Positions 39,051 to 50,910 of a DNA stretch of 64,000 nt are shown piece after piece. The position numbers and the translations under genes are program-made. This stretch comes from Anolis carolinensis (lineage: Eukaryota): assembly GCF_035594765.1 (NCBI RefSeq), contig NC_085842.1, forward strand, positions 280,969,749 to 281,033,748, given 5' to 3'. Position 1 is the first letter of the stretch, and every line of letters starts with the position of its first letter. The notes beneath the pieces were generated by a model that was given only the letters and a program-made list of their open reading frames with translations, did no database searches and was not told where the DNA came from.

Positions 39051-41869
39051 GGAGTGGCAGAAAACAATATATTAAAGCATGCATCTTTCTTGATCAAAGA
39101 CAGATCGGGTTCTTCCCATAGTTTTCTTCCATCTTGCTAGCTTTCTCAGTATGCTAGCAAAAGCAGTTCATCTCTCCCCAAATCATGACAAACTATCCAG
39201 AATCACCACAGTTTTCAAAAATATAGAACCCCAAATACAGGCAAACTGTAGATAGGCATTATGTCAGTTATCAGTATTTTCTGTCACTTTCCAAGGAATT
39301 GTCAATATGGAAATTGGAGAGAAATAATTTTATTAGACAACTTTTATCCCTCTGAGTGTTTTGCCATCTGTTGTTTGATGTCATCTGCATACATGGATAC
39401 TTCATGTCTCACTGTTCAGTGTGACTATCATATTGGAACTATGTTAATATAGTTAATATACGAATCACTAAAGATCACCATTGCTTACTTTCTTCCCCTT
39501 TGAAAGCAGTCCATATATTTCTAAACATTGTATGGTAGATCTAAGTATATATAAGAGAGAAGACTTTATTAAGGAATTAGCTGGTTGCTGAATCACAGTT
39601 TTATGTGGTTTAGGAAATGGCTGTGGTCCTACTTCCTCCCTGAAAGCAGCAGCTGGGTGAGGGAAGAGCCCAGTCATCTAAAAAGCTTTAGCTGGAAGGA
39701 GTATGGGGGGAAAAACAGAAGCAAGCAGTGACTTGTTACCTAGCAGTTTGAATTCTATTTTGGATTGGCTGCTATTGTCAAGAGCTGGAGGTGTTATGTT
39801 GTGTTTTCTTTTAAACTTTATATGCAATTTCCATTGAGGAAATACTGAATATCAGATTTCTGATGATGTTGTTTCTGGCTGATATTTTTAGTGCATTGTA
39901 ATTGCACACTATACTCCACTGTTATTTTTGAGAGGTGGCATGTTGTTGTTTTCCAGGCAAACCTCAGTTATAAAACTGACAAAGAAGCCCCTTTTTAACG
40001 ATGCCTTACCTTTCCTCTCTTCAATCTAGTTAGCCCAGCCCTACCTTTGCTCCCAACCCTACCTTCCTGGAAGTGGTTTTTTAAAAGTATCATCAGCATT
40101 GGGAGGTGAAGGAGTGTTGGAGAAACATAGATTTTTGGTGTCGGGTTGCAGTATGTTTACAATAGACAGTGCAATAACATTTGAAATATGAAAGAATGGG
40201 ATCCTAAACCAGTTTATGCACAGTTTGGGAGTGCCTTCAGACTCCCAAACAGAGTACATATAAACAGCAAAACAGGGGAAAAGGAGGAGAGCAGATAAGT
40301 CTGTTAAGTTCTTAAGTCTGACCACTAAAATAGAAATCATAAGGAAAATGGAGCACTACTGAAACAAACAAATAATCCCTGGATGCAATTTGGAAGAAGC
40401 ATGCAAGTCATCTCTAAAGGTTTTTGTCTATTTATGCTTACCTGACCTAACTTTTTCATATCACAGATATTAAATGTTTGCTAAAATGTGTAGAACTGCT
40501 CTTCTGTTGCTGTTGCTGCCATTATATATTTTCTCCATACGATTTCTTCCTCTGCTACCACATTTTCTCTTAAAGACATAAAGTCTAGGAACACACATGA
40601 TTTGGTGACCAAGGTGTACCTATATAGTTTTCATTCAAAATATTCTGCAGATCAGTTATTTAATGATAATGATTTGCTTGCTTTTATTTGTTGGGTGGGA
40701 AGGGAGTTTCAGGTCATTACACACCCACCATTCAAAACACTATCTGTTATTTTCTATTCTTTAATGACTAGCCAATCTGCAATATATCCTTTTATCTCAA
40801 ATATATTTAAGTGCATTCAAGATCCTGTGATGAAATACTTGGTGAAAAAAAGTCTTGGAAGTCCAAATATATATAACAACTGCTAGACCCAGCATTAGTC
40901 ATATGTCTGTCTACATACTATCATCAATTTCTATAAAGCCAAGTTTATCTTGCAGCAGTCATGCCAGCAATTCTTCCATCTTATCTCTGGGTAGAGGCAA
41001 TTACAGGGATCATGACTATCTTGTTTGCACTTACATTAGCACTTCCCATTCAAGGAGGCTTCTCAAAGAGCTAGTGCAAGCTGCTCTGTTACTTGTATCA
41101 ATTAAGAAAGAAGGGGAAAAGTCTTAAGAGAAGTTTAAAGGAAGGTAAAATTAATGTGGGGAAGAGGGAGGCAGTGGGAAAGAACTTTGGGGTACATAAT
41201 ACATTTTATGACGCAAGTTGTTAATAATGCATACAATTCATATTACTTCACTATGCTACTATCCTAATTAAGTAGCCAAGTAGTGTCTCCTGTTCCAACC
41301 TCCTCAGTCCTCACATACTGAGCAGCAGCCAGTGAGCAACAGGGATCTGTTCCCCTTAATGAAAAGTAGCACACTGATGTTCCCACCCATCTCCTATTAC
41401 CTATCTTAGATTAGGATCCCTGTCGTCATTATTCCTCATTACAGCAGAGATTGGAGGAAAGGTTGGAATGTTAGTCAGCCAATTCCTGGACAAGAGAGCA
41501 ACCCCTTTAATTTGTAGCAGTTGCTGTTCTTTATGTGGAGACTGAGATTTTTATGGTCTTTGTGTGCTCCCTAAACCAATGAATATTCAGGGATCCTGAG
41601 TACATGCCAGTCAAAATACATAGCTCTAGGTTAATAACACTCACATCCTCTTTGCAGTTTTTCTAACCTTTCTCTTATCGTACAACACTTATTGCACCCA
41701 AGTGGTTTGTTGGGTCTGAATAGGCAGTACCAAATAAGACCACATATATTAGTACATTTTGTTGGCAGCATACGGCATTGGTAGGTGATTCTTTCAAAGC
41801 TCTGGCAGATGCCTGGAATATGGAGATTACTAGTGCAGTTGACACAATCGCTCCCGAATGTCTCCTTCC

Positions 41870-42752
41870 ATAGAGCAGAGCCAAATCAGCCCCCTAGTAC
41901 TCCTGGGAGTTGGCGGTGATGAAGCAAGTAAAATGGAGACAAGAGCAGCATTGAAGGAGAACTCACAGCAAATCTTATCAAGCATGGGCTAAAGCATATT
42001 CAAGAACCTATTCCATGACAATGAAGCCAGCACAGAAATCTTTTGCTGCCACCAATGTTGCATCTGTAAAGAACCACCCAAGAGAGCTGTTCCGTGTGCT
42101 AAGAGGACTTTTAAACCCTGCTCAGATAGGGATCCCTGACCAATCAGCAGCTCATTGTGAATAATTTGTAGGTTCATTGCAGATAAAGTCTCTTGGATCC
42201 ATTCTGACTTAGACGCCAGTATTGATGCAGTCCCTGTGGATGTAACTCAGGCTTCTGCTTGTCCTGTTTTAATTTATTCCTTTCAAACTATACAGCCTGA
42301 TGATATGGACAAGATCTGGGGAGAAATTAAGGCGACCACCTGTTTCCTGGACCTTGCCCTTCCTGGATGGTTAAACAGGCCAGATGATTAAACTGGCAGA
42401 GTGGGTGAAGGCATTGGCACAAGGCTCAATGCTCATTAGCCTGAAGGAGGCCATAGTAAAACCTCTATTGAGGAAACTAGATCCCACTCAATTGGACAAC
42501 TACCAGCCAGTTTAAAATCTTCCCTTTTGGGGCATGGTTCTGGAGAGGGTGGTAGCTTCTCAACTTCAAATTTTCTTGAATGAAACCAATTATCTGGACA
42601 AATTTCAATCTGGTTTCAGGCCTGGCAATGGAACAGAGATGACATTGCTTGCCTTGGTTGATGAACTATGGAGAGAGCTTGACAGGGGGAGTGTGTCCCT
42701 GTTGGTTCTTCTGGACCTTTCAGCAGCATCCAATACCAAGATAGAAATGAAG

Positions 42753-42811
<59 letters not shown>

Positions 42812-42812
42812 T
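41870..42812 (+). mobile_element. L2-clade LINE internal fragment (RT N-half) joined to a (TTA)n tail
   Basis: Translation LERVVASQL..LDKFQSGFRPG..TE..LL.LVD..LLVLLDLSAA ends abruptly at ~42740, followed by a tail-like sequence and (TTA)n. Confidence 0.8.
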
Positions 42813-43494
42813 GCATAAGAGACACATCCTGACATTGGCTGATTCACCGATCTACTCATGAAAAGTCTATACTTCCACCCCACCTGCTGTGAGACCACAG
42901 AAAAGTGGGGATTCACCATAGTGTGAAACTGCTAGGCATTTTGGAGTGAAATAGGCCTAAAGGCCCCTGAGTTAGATCTACCTCCTACTCAGCTTCACTC
43001 CAAATTCAAGTCCCCTTAAGTGAATCTTCATCATGATGAAATGGAAATACAGGACTTCTCAATTCCCAACAGAACCCTAACTGCCATACAAAGTAGTGAC
43101 AAGACAAAACAATAGCACCTGACAAAAGAATGCAAAGTGATACATGACTGAACCACAGGGAGGGTGGTTGGAGAAAGCCAACAGAAACTGACTGCCTGGG
43201 AGAAAGGTGGGCTCCTTTATATCCCGGTCAGATAAACCTGAGTTAAGCCCTCCCATTCCTGGTCAATACGGGAAGCCCCAGTCCCAGGGGCATCAGAATG
43301 CACCAAAAATGCAGAACCTCCTCCTCTTCGGACTGCTCACAATCCCTCATATCTTTGAGAAGAGGTGAATAACTCTTCAGAGCTACAAAAAATGTTGGCC
43401 TCCATCCATTTTGTGGGTCAGAAAACAGAAAGCCAATTAACTGTAGAACACTCCAATTTTCACAAATTAATAAAATTATAAAGAGCCCCCACTG

Positions 43495-43745
43495 ACACCT
43501 CCTTTCAGGTTCATTAGAACAAAATCCTTAGTTTGGGTAAAATCCTTTAAAAAAAATAAAGTTGTTTGACCTTCCTGGGTAACTTTTGTTTTACATGTAC
43601 AGTACAATGAATGTGATCGCACTGTGATCACTGCTCTCAAATATTTCCATAATACTTAACATCTCACACCAAATCCTGGTGCCAGTTGAGATTACATCTG
43701 GGGCCACACCTTCTCTTTGGCTTTCTCTATGGTCAACTATTGTAA
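43495..43745 (-). mobile_element. Old CR1 endonuclease-region fragment
   Basis: Degenerate translation ..REGVAPDVIS..SSDHSAITF resembles the CR1 APE C-terminus (TRG.A.LDLIL..SDH). Confidence 0.45.
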
Positions 43746-45882
43746 TCCCTGGTAATTTATTACATCTAATTTTACTCTTTGATGGAACCTGAAAATACAA
43801 TCCATCTTTGAAATATACAAATGTTCTGACGTCTCAGATGCAAAGAAATAGTTTGAAACAAAAGTTGTATAAATATCTGCCTGCGCCAGCAGTACAGTTT
43901 GAAAGGGAATGTTGTATACACAAAGTAAATTAAAACGGGATCTGCGTTTATGGAGTAAAAGGGTATTTGGAAGGGTGATTATACAGAAGACAGTTGCTGT
44001 GTGGTAAAGCAGCACGTACATATGTGGCTATCCTACAACTGGCCAAGGAAATAAATCCCAGGTGTACCTAGGACTTTTGCCACAGCCAGACCACAACTCC
44101 TGGGAGGGACCAACCTAATTGGCTGACAACACTGCAGACCATTTGCTGCTGGTTACAGACATAGTATAAGGAGAGAAGGTGATATCTGTTGCATGGCCCC
44201 ATTTCTCCATGTGCTGCAAATAAAAAAGACTGTTGTGTTGTTGACCAAGGGATATCTGTTGGAATATGCCAACTAGGAGGAGCAAGTGACATTTTAGCCA
44301 AATATAGCTCTCCTTCTCCATCCCCAAACCCCAGCTTTTTAAACTCAGAAGCTAAAATCCTTGAAAAGAGCAAGTTTACATTCCTGCAGCCTGCTGCAGC
44401 AAAGCCAAATAAATGTTTGGGTGAATTCTCATCTCTGTCGTGAGTCTTTCTGAAGCCAGAAAATGCCATTTCTATAATCAAGAAAGTGTATCCAGTTTAT
44501 TATTATTTTGAGGTGCACAGCAAGGTCACTGCAGTGGGTAGGGGGAAGGCTGTATGTATGGCTCCTGCAGAAAATAGGCACTACACCCTTCAGATCTAGT
44601 TGGAATAATTGACTCTCACACACATGTAATCCTTTTAAAAGGTATAAGGAAGACACAACTGTTTTCATGACAGTTAGCAGAATCAGATGTTCTGATTTCC
44701 GGAGCACTAACACTGGGGGCTGTCCAATAAGACAAGGCACTTGTCATTCTTGTACATAAAACCAGGAAGGTGAGGTTGTGTGTGAAACAGTTTTGTAATG
44801 AATGGTTGCAAGGGATCATCTCAGAGCACACATATTAACTCAAGTGTTAACACTGCTATGAGACAGTGGTTTCAGTAACGGACTATGACGCTTGAAACCA
44901 GAGTTCAAATTGTCACTTAGCCATGGAAACACTCTCTCAGCCTTACAAGAAGACAAGGGCAAACTCCCTCTGTAAACAAATCTTTGTGATCGGGCCAGTC
45001 ACCATAATTTTGATATGACTTGAAGGCACACAACAAAACCAAGGAGAAGGAAAAAGAAAGGAAGGAGAGAAAAAGGAAGGAGATTAATAGGAGAGCTCCC
45101 TCAGCAACAACAACATTGCACTATCAAAATTCCACTCTCTTTGTCTGCCAGTATCACTGTGTTACATTTTTGCTTGGCAAAAGCTTATTTCAGAAGAAGG
45201 GTAGAAATGTGTGGAACAAAGGCTAAAAGCTTGAATCTTTCAGAAGAAAAATCCCCAAGTGGATAGCAGCAGCATGCTCTACTTCTTCCAATTGACTGAA
45301 TTTGTGGTTACGCATTTGCTTGAGATACGATGACTGATCCTGCCGACAAAGGCAGAACTTGATGTTTTGTTCAAAATAACACTCCATGAGGAAATGAGGT
45401 GGAAATTTCTAAAATGCACAGTTTTTTTGTTTTTGTTTTTGTGGTAAAGACAGGCTTTTATATCATTCCTGGGCCTGGCCTGAACCAGTCACTGGTTCTG
45501 TATGGGTATACTTGTGTGGGGGTTTATACTAGTGCTATTCCCTAACGAATGGAACACTTAATTTCCCCAAAACCATTTACTTCTGGTATCTTACAACAGA
45601 AGTGCTTAAACAGGAAGGAAACTGTCAATAGCCCCTTGCAGTTAAAATACAGCTCTTATTGGGAATGTAGCTCAGAAACTAGAATGGTTTCATTCTGTGG
45701 TGCTGGGGGTGCATAAGTAAAAAGGTTTTCAAAATGATGTTATTGTTAGGGGGGGGGTGTTTTGCTCCCATACAGAGCTCTGTACTCAACAGTAGCACAT
45801 ATAGCAGAATGGGAATTTATGACCTAATGTAAATTTTGCTAGTATGAATGCAAAAACTCCCACACCAAATACAGTGACAATA

Positions 45883-46553
45883 GGGGGCCGGGCTGTGGCG
45901 CAGGCTGGTAAACAGCTGCTGCAATAAATCACTCTGACCATGAGGTCCTGAGTTCGAGGCCAGCCTGTGGTGGGGTGAGCACCTGTCAATTAAAAATAAA
46001 ATATAGCCCCTGCTCGTTGCTGACCTAGCAACCCGAAAGATAGTTGCATCTATCAAGTAGGAAATAAGGTACCACTTATAAAAGTGGGGAGGCAAGTTTA
46101 ACTAATTTACAACGTTGGAATGAGGAAGTGAGGAAGTGCCATCAGTGCCCACACTAGCAGCCTTCAAGAAAGACTTGAAAACATGGCTCTTTCGCTGTGC
46201 TTTTGGAGAGTAAGCATTTTATATTTCTTTTCCGTTGCTCCCTCTAATATCTATCCTCCAGAATACTCCACTCCCTTATGACCCTGTTCGCTGTGGTTTT
46301 TATTTTTATGTCTTTCTCACCCCGAGTTTTAACTTAATGTTCATGTGGTCTGCCCTTGTCTCCTTGTTTTATTTTGTAATGGATATTATTTACTGTATTG
46401 CTTATTGTGTTGTGTTGTGCTGTTCTTTTATATGCTGTTTACATTGTATTGTTTTGGGCATGGCCCCATGTAAGCCGCCCCGAGTCCCTGTTGGGGAGAT
46501 GGTGGCGGGGTATAAATAAAGTTTTTATTATTATTATTATTATTATGATGATG

Positions 46554-46612
<59 letters not shown>

Positions 46613-46845
46613 CAGAGTGGGTGATGAAGCAGCTGCTCCCCCCTGTGACCAGAATCGAACATCCCCTCAGGAGAAGGTTAAATTACCTCTGCATCTATCT
46701 ATCTGGTTTCTCTGTCTCGGTTCGATGTGTTTATGGGCATTGAATGTTTGCCCTTTATGTACATAATGTGATCCGCCCTGAGTCCCCTTCGGGGTGAGAA
46801 GGGCGAAATATAAATACTGGAAATAAATAAATAAATAAATAAATA
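45883..46845 (+). mobile_element. tRNA-derived SINE with L2-like tail, interrupted by an L2 3' end
   Basis: A-box TGGCGCAGGCTGG and B-box GAGTTCGAGGC. The tail CCGCCCTGAGTCCCC..(TAAA)n is L2-like. Confidence 0.8.
46146..46610 (+). mobile_element. L2 3' end nested in a SINE
   Basis: Matches 12571-13071, has a (TTA)n tail, and is flanked by ATCAG at 46141-46145 and 46611-46615. Confidence 0.85.
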
Positions 46846-47454
46846 GATTCAACACCTTTCTTAAATATACATAACTCCTACTGAAAATCACATAGGAATC
46901 TGCTTCTCTATAGATCTGCTTTTCAAGTGTACAAAACTCCATCACCCTTCATCCTAGCAATGTGTAAGTAGGACAGGTACAAGTGTCAATTTTCTACTCC
47001 AGGATGCTCCAATACCTTACATGCTACCAAAAATAGGGGAGGCGTGAAGGGAGTGGTCAGAAGGCTAACTATCATTCTGGAAAAGCAAGTATTTTATGTT
47101 AAATGGTGTAACAGAACCCTGTAACCTATCTAAAAAGTGAATTTCTATGCCTAGAATCAAGGATTTTATCAAACAAAGGTGGCAAACTGGCATAGAAGCA
47201 GGACCATAACCTGGATGACAGTTCCTATCATATGACACTGTGCGCAATCTGTTGCTGGTCTGCCAGCTCCACACAACAAATCCATCCCATGCTACTGATG
47301 GGGAAAAGCCATCAATAGCCCTTGATTGTACCACAATTTATCCTGATAATCTTAATCCACTACTCTGCTGGAATGCCACATGGCATGCCAGCAGTGACAT
47401 CAGGAGATAAGATGGTTGTCTTCACTCCCTTCCAGAAAGAAAAGAGTAAGATTC

Positions 47455-47628
47455 TTAAATCTTAATTTTATTTTTAATACTGAACTTTGTGGAAATTGCA
47501 AATCTCCCCCTTAACCCCCTCCACCCAGCTTACCTTTATTTTTTCCCTTGTCCTACCCCTTTAATTGTTGAACCCTTTTCTGATTTTATTGTAAAACTTA
47601 AAATTTTCTTTAATAAAAATATATTAAA
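47455..47628 (+). mobile_element. Probable L1 3'UTR tail running into an assembly gap
   Basis: C/T-rich tract, then AATAAA and an A-run; same layout as 26630-26795. Confidence 0.5.
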
Positions 47629-47766
47629 NNNNNNNNNNNNNNNNNNNNNNNNNNNNNNNNNNNNNNNNNNNNNNNNNNNNNNNNNNNNNNNNNNNNNNNN
47701 NNNNNNNNNNNNNNNNNNNNNNNNNNNNNNNNNNNNNNNNNNNNNNNNNNNNNNNNNNNNNNNNNN
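47629..47766. other. Assembly gap (138 N)
   Basis: Run of N, the same length as the first gap. Confidence 1.
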
Positions 47767-48148
47767 CTGTGGGAGGGTTGAGTTACCACTCTAACAGGAA
47801 ATATGATCATGGGGCCAACAGAACTGTGATGCATCACTAATACACACTGCCAAGGGTGATCGACCAGTAAATTGATGAAAATCTGTACTCACACAAAGTT
47901 TGTTGGATAGCAGCTACATACAATAAAGTTCCAAGTCATCCTTTTCTTGGTCAGAAAAAGAATAGACTTGAGGGTCTGAGAGCTTCTAACTCACCCTTCC
48001 CTATTTTGACCTAAATTCTAGAAGGTTCCCTCTCTGCTGTCTTCCCAAATAAAGCACACAAATTAGTCTGCAACAGAGTCTATGATGTATTTTTCCTAGT
48101 TCTGGTGCTTCTTTTTTCTGGGAAGGAGGCTTTCTTTTTTCTCTTGTG

Positions 48149-48478
48149 CAGTGTTCCCTCACTTATTGCTGGGGTTAGGTTCCAGGACCACCCACAATAA
48201 GTGAAAATCCACGAAATAGGGACGCTATATATGTATACATTATTTTAGTAGTTATACACTATTTTAAGTCTTTCTCAACTAATCGTGTGTTGATAAATCG
48301 CCTCCTTCTCCCGTTGCCGCTTAGGCTCCTTTTCTCTCCCTTTGGCTTCTCCTTCCTCCCTTCCTTAGGCTGTAAATTGTAATTTTTTATGATTTATAAT
48401 ATTCTTTTAGAGTTTATTTAAAAACCACAAAACAGCGAATCCACAAAAAGCAAACCACGAAGTAGTGAGTGAACACTG
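48149..48478. mobile_element. Tc1/mariner (Tigger-like) MITE
   Basis: TIR CAGTGTTCCCTCACT / AGTGAGTGAACACTG followed by TA. Confidence 0.78.
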
Positions 48479-48571
48479 TACCTGACAGAGAGGAAGGAAC
48501 ACTGATGCATTTTAATGAATTCTCACAACTCAGCTCACTTATGCAAATTTTTAATTTCATTTTGGTAGGAG

Positions 48572-48876
48572 CTGCTGAAATTGCTCATCGAAAGACTGGT
48601 GGTTCAAATCCGAGGAGCAGAGTGAGCTCTTGCTGTTAGCCCCAGCTTCTGCCAACCTAATACTTTGAAAACATGCAAATGTGAGTAGCTCAGTAGGTAC
48701 CACTCCAGCGGAAAGGTAACAGCACTCCATGCAGTCATTCTAGCCACATGACCTTGGTGGTGTCTATGCACAATGCTGGCTCTTCAGCCTAGAAATGGAG
48801 ATGAGCACCAACCCTCAGAGTCGGACATGACTAGACTTAATGTCAGGGGAAAACCTTAACCTTTATCTTTACCTTA
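48572..48876 (+). mobile_element. Sauria-type SINE (5'-truncated)
   Basis: B-box GGTTCAAATCC, (ACCTTT)-type tail, and TSD GTAGGAG at 48565-48571 and 48877-48883. Confidence 0.87.
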
Positions 48877-49073
48877 GTAGGAGGAACTAGTGATTATGTG
48901 GGAAAAGCTAAGAAATCATAATGAATAACTTTAATGATTTAATTAGGGAGTTAATTCTAAGTTTCTGATACCTGAAAAAAAACTGTGTAGTAACCTGATT
49001 ATAGTGAATGAAAAAAAAGCAAGAACTATTATTCAAGGTAAAAACAGAGAGGGCAGGATTCTATGTAATGTTA

Positions 49074-49298
49074 CAGTTGGCCTTTCATATCCATGGATTC
49101 AATATCATCAGATTTGACCATCCATGGTTTAAAAATATCCTCCCTCCCACAAAAAAAAAACAACCCTCAAATTTGCCATTTTATATAGGAGATCCATTTT
49201 ACAATGCCATTATATATAATGGGACTTGAACATCCATGGATTTTAGTATCTATGGAGAGTCCTGGAACCATACTCCAGTCAATACCAAAGGCCAACTG
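49074..49298. mobile_element. Tigger-like MITE
   Basis: Perfect 12-bp TIR CAGTTGGCCTTT, preceded by TA, with internal ATCCATGG repeats. Confidence 0.75.
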
Positions 49299-50758
49299 AG
49301 CTTCTAAACAATTGCATCAGAATATTACCTTGCAATGCTTAAGCCTCAGGAATATTATCTTGTGTCTCAGGATTATGCAAACTTAAATGTGATTTCTTAC
49401 CATTGGTTTTGCTGGCTTGGGCTGACTGGATTTGCTTGCCTTTGCTGTAATTTCAGCCAAAATGTATGAACAGCCATTCTTAAACAGAGCAGGTTTTAGG
49501 ACTGGACTGTTAGCTAACAAAAAGAATGAAAATGTCTTCACGTATTTTATTTTATTGTAAATGTTACTGGTGAAAAGCTAGTATTTCATGCCATGAAAGA
49601 TGGGTACATTTTCTTGTCCTTTCTTCCCTTTCCTTTAAACTATGTGAGATACACATAGCCACCAAAATGAGCTACTTGTTTCCAGTTTTTTTCTAAATAT
49701 GGGTTTGGGGAATTTCCTTCACCTGTTCCCATATTAGGCTATTTTCTCCATCCCATCCAAAGACCATCCCTTTTTTGTGTTATGTTTTTGCCAAGGCTTT
49801 CACAGTTAACATAAACTACAATAAAATGTAGAGTAATGTGAACCAGTCTCTGGTATTTCTACTGCTTGCTGTTCTTGCATTAGGGTGGCAAAAAGCAACA
49901 AAATTGGAGCTGCTCTGAGAGACGTTGATGGAAATGTTGGATTCCTTCCATGTGTTTAAGAACTCCCATTAGTTTCCTAATAACTAAAGAATGCATGTTC
50001 TAAGCTGGAGAATAGTTATATGCCAGCATGAACTTACTTTAAAAATAACAATAAACCATGTGAAAAAGTTCAGATGATAGCAATGTTGATGATACCATCA
50101 CCAGATTTTTCTCATATATGAAGGACAACTATCGTTCACTACCCATCCCCCATTTCTACTCTCTGAAGGTTTGTGCTTTGACTTCATGTGTTTTTTGGAG
50201 AGAAAACCCAGGCAGTCATGCGGTCATGGGAAACTGGAACAAATGACCATTTGCTCTGGAAAGTAGCACACTGTGAGGCTGAAAAAATTGCTCTTGTTTA
50301 CCTAGTGGCTTGACTCTCAGTGACAGGTTAAAGGGAAAGAAACAAGAGCTGCCTGAAATATCATCTTGGGGCTGTAAACCCAGGAATGCTCCCTCAGCCG
50401 CCAGCCATGCCCCCAAACGATCTCATTCAGTTTGCCTTCCCTGAAACCTCAGTAGATTTCAGACATTTCTGACTGAACAAGTTTGCCTGAGGTGAAATAT
50501 ATCGAGAAAGGCTGAGCCAGCAGCACACAATGAAGCAAGGGTCTTCTTAAACTAAGCTGTGTGCATCTTAGAGACCTTCTCCCAGTCCAAGGCTGCACTG
50601 CACATACAGTACTCCTTAGGAGCAAAGTCCAGAGCCTGCACAAAATTGGAAGCCACTCAGCGGAATCTCCTAGCCAGCATGGTCACTGACATAAAGAAAA
50701 CAGCTCATAACTTTCTCATTCAAAGACATCCAAAGGTACTTTAAAGGGCTTGCCTCTA

Positions 50759-50910
50759 TAGACCTTTCCAGACAAGCCCTATATCCCAGGATCTGATCCC
50801 AGGTTTTCTGCTTTAAATTGGATTATATGAGTCCACATTGACAAGTAATCTGATAAACAGAAAACCTGGGATCAAATCCTGGGATATAGGGCCTGTCTGG
50901 AAGGGCCCTA
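50759..50910. mobile_element. Palindromic MITE (Harbinger-like)
   Basis: ~50-bp inverted arms: CCTTTCCAGACAAGCCCTATATCCCAGGAT.. / ..ATCCTGGGATATAGGGCCTGTCTGGAAGG. Confidence 0.7.

Noticed and set aside
44068-44481. 137-aa minus-strand ORF
   Set aside because: No recognisable domain, no convincing splice sites, and a length compatible with chance.
4907-47766. Two N-runs of identical length (138)
   Set aside because: An assembly placeholder, not biology. The ORFs spanning them are artefacts.
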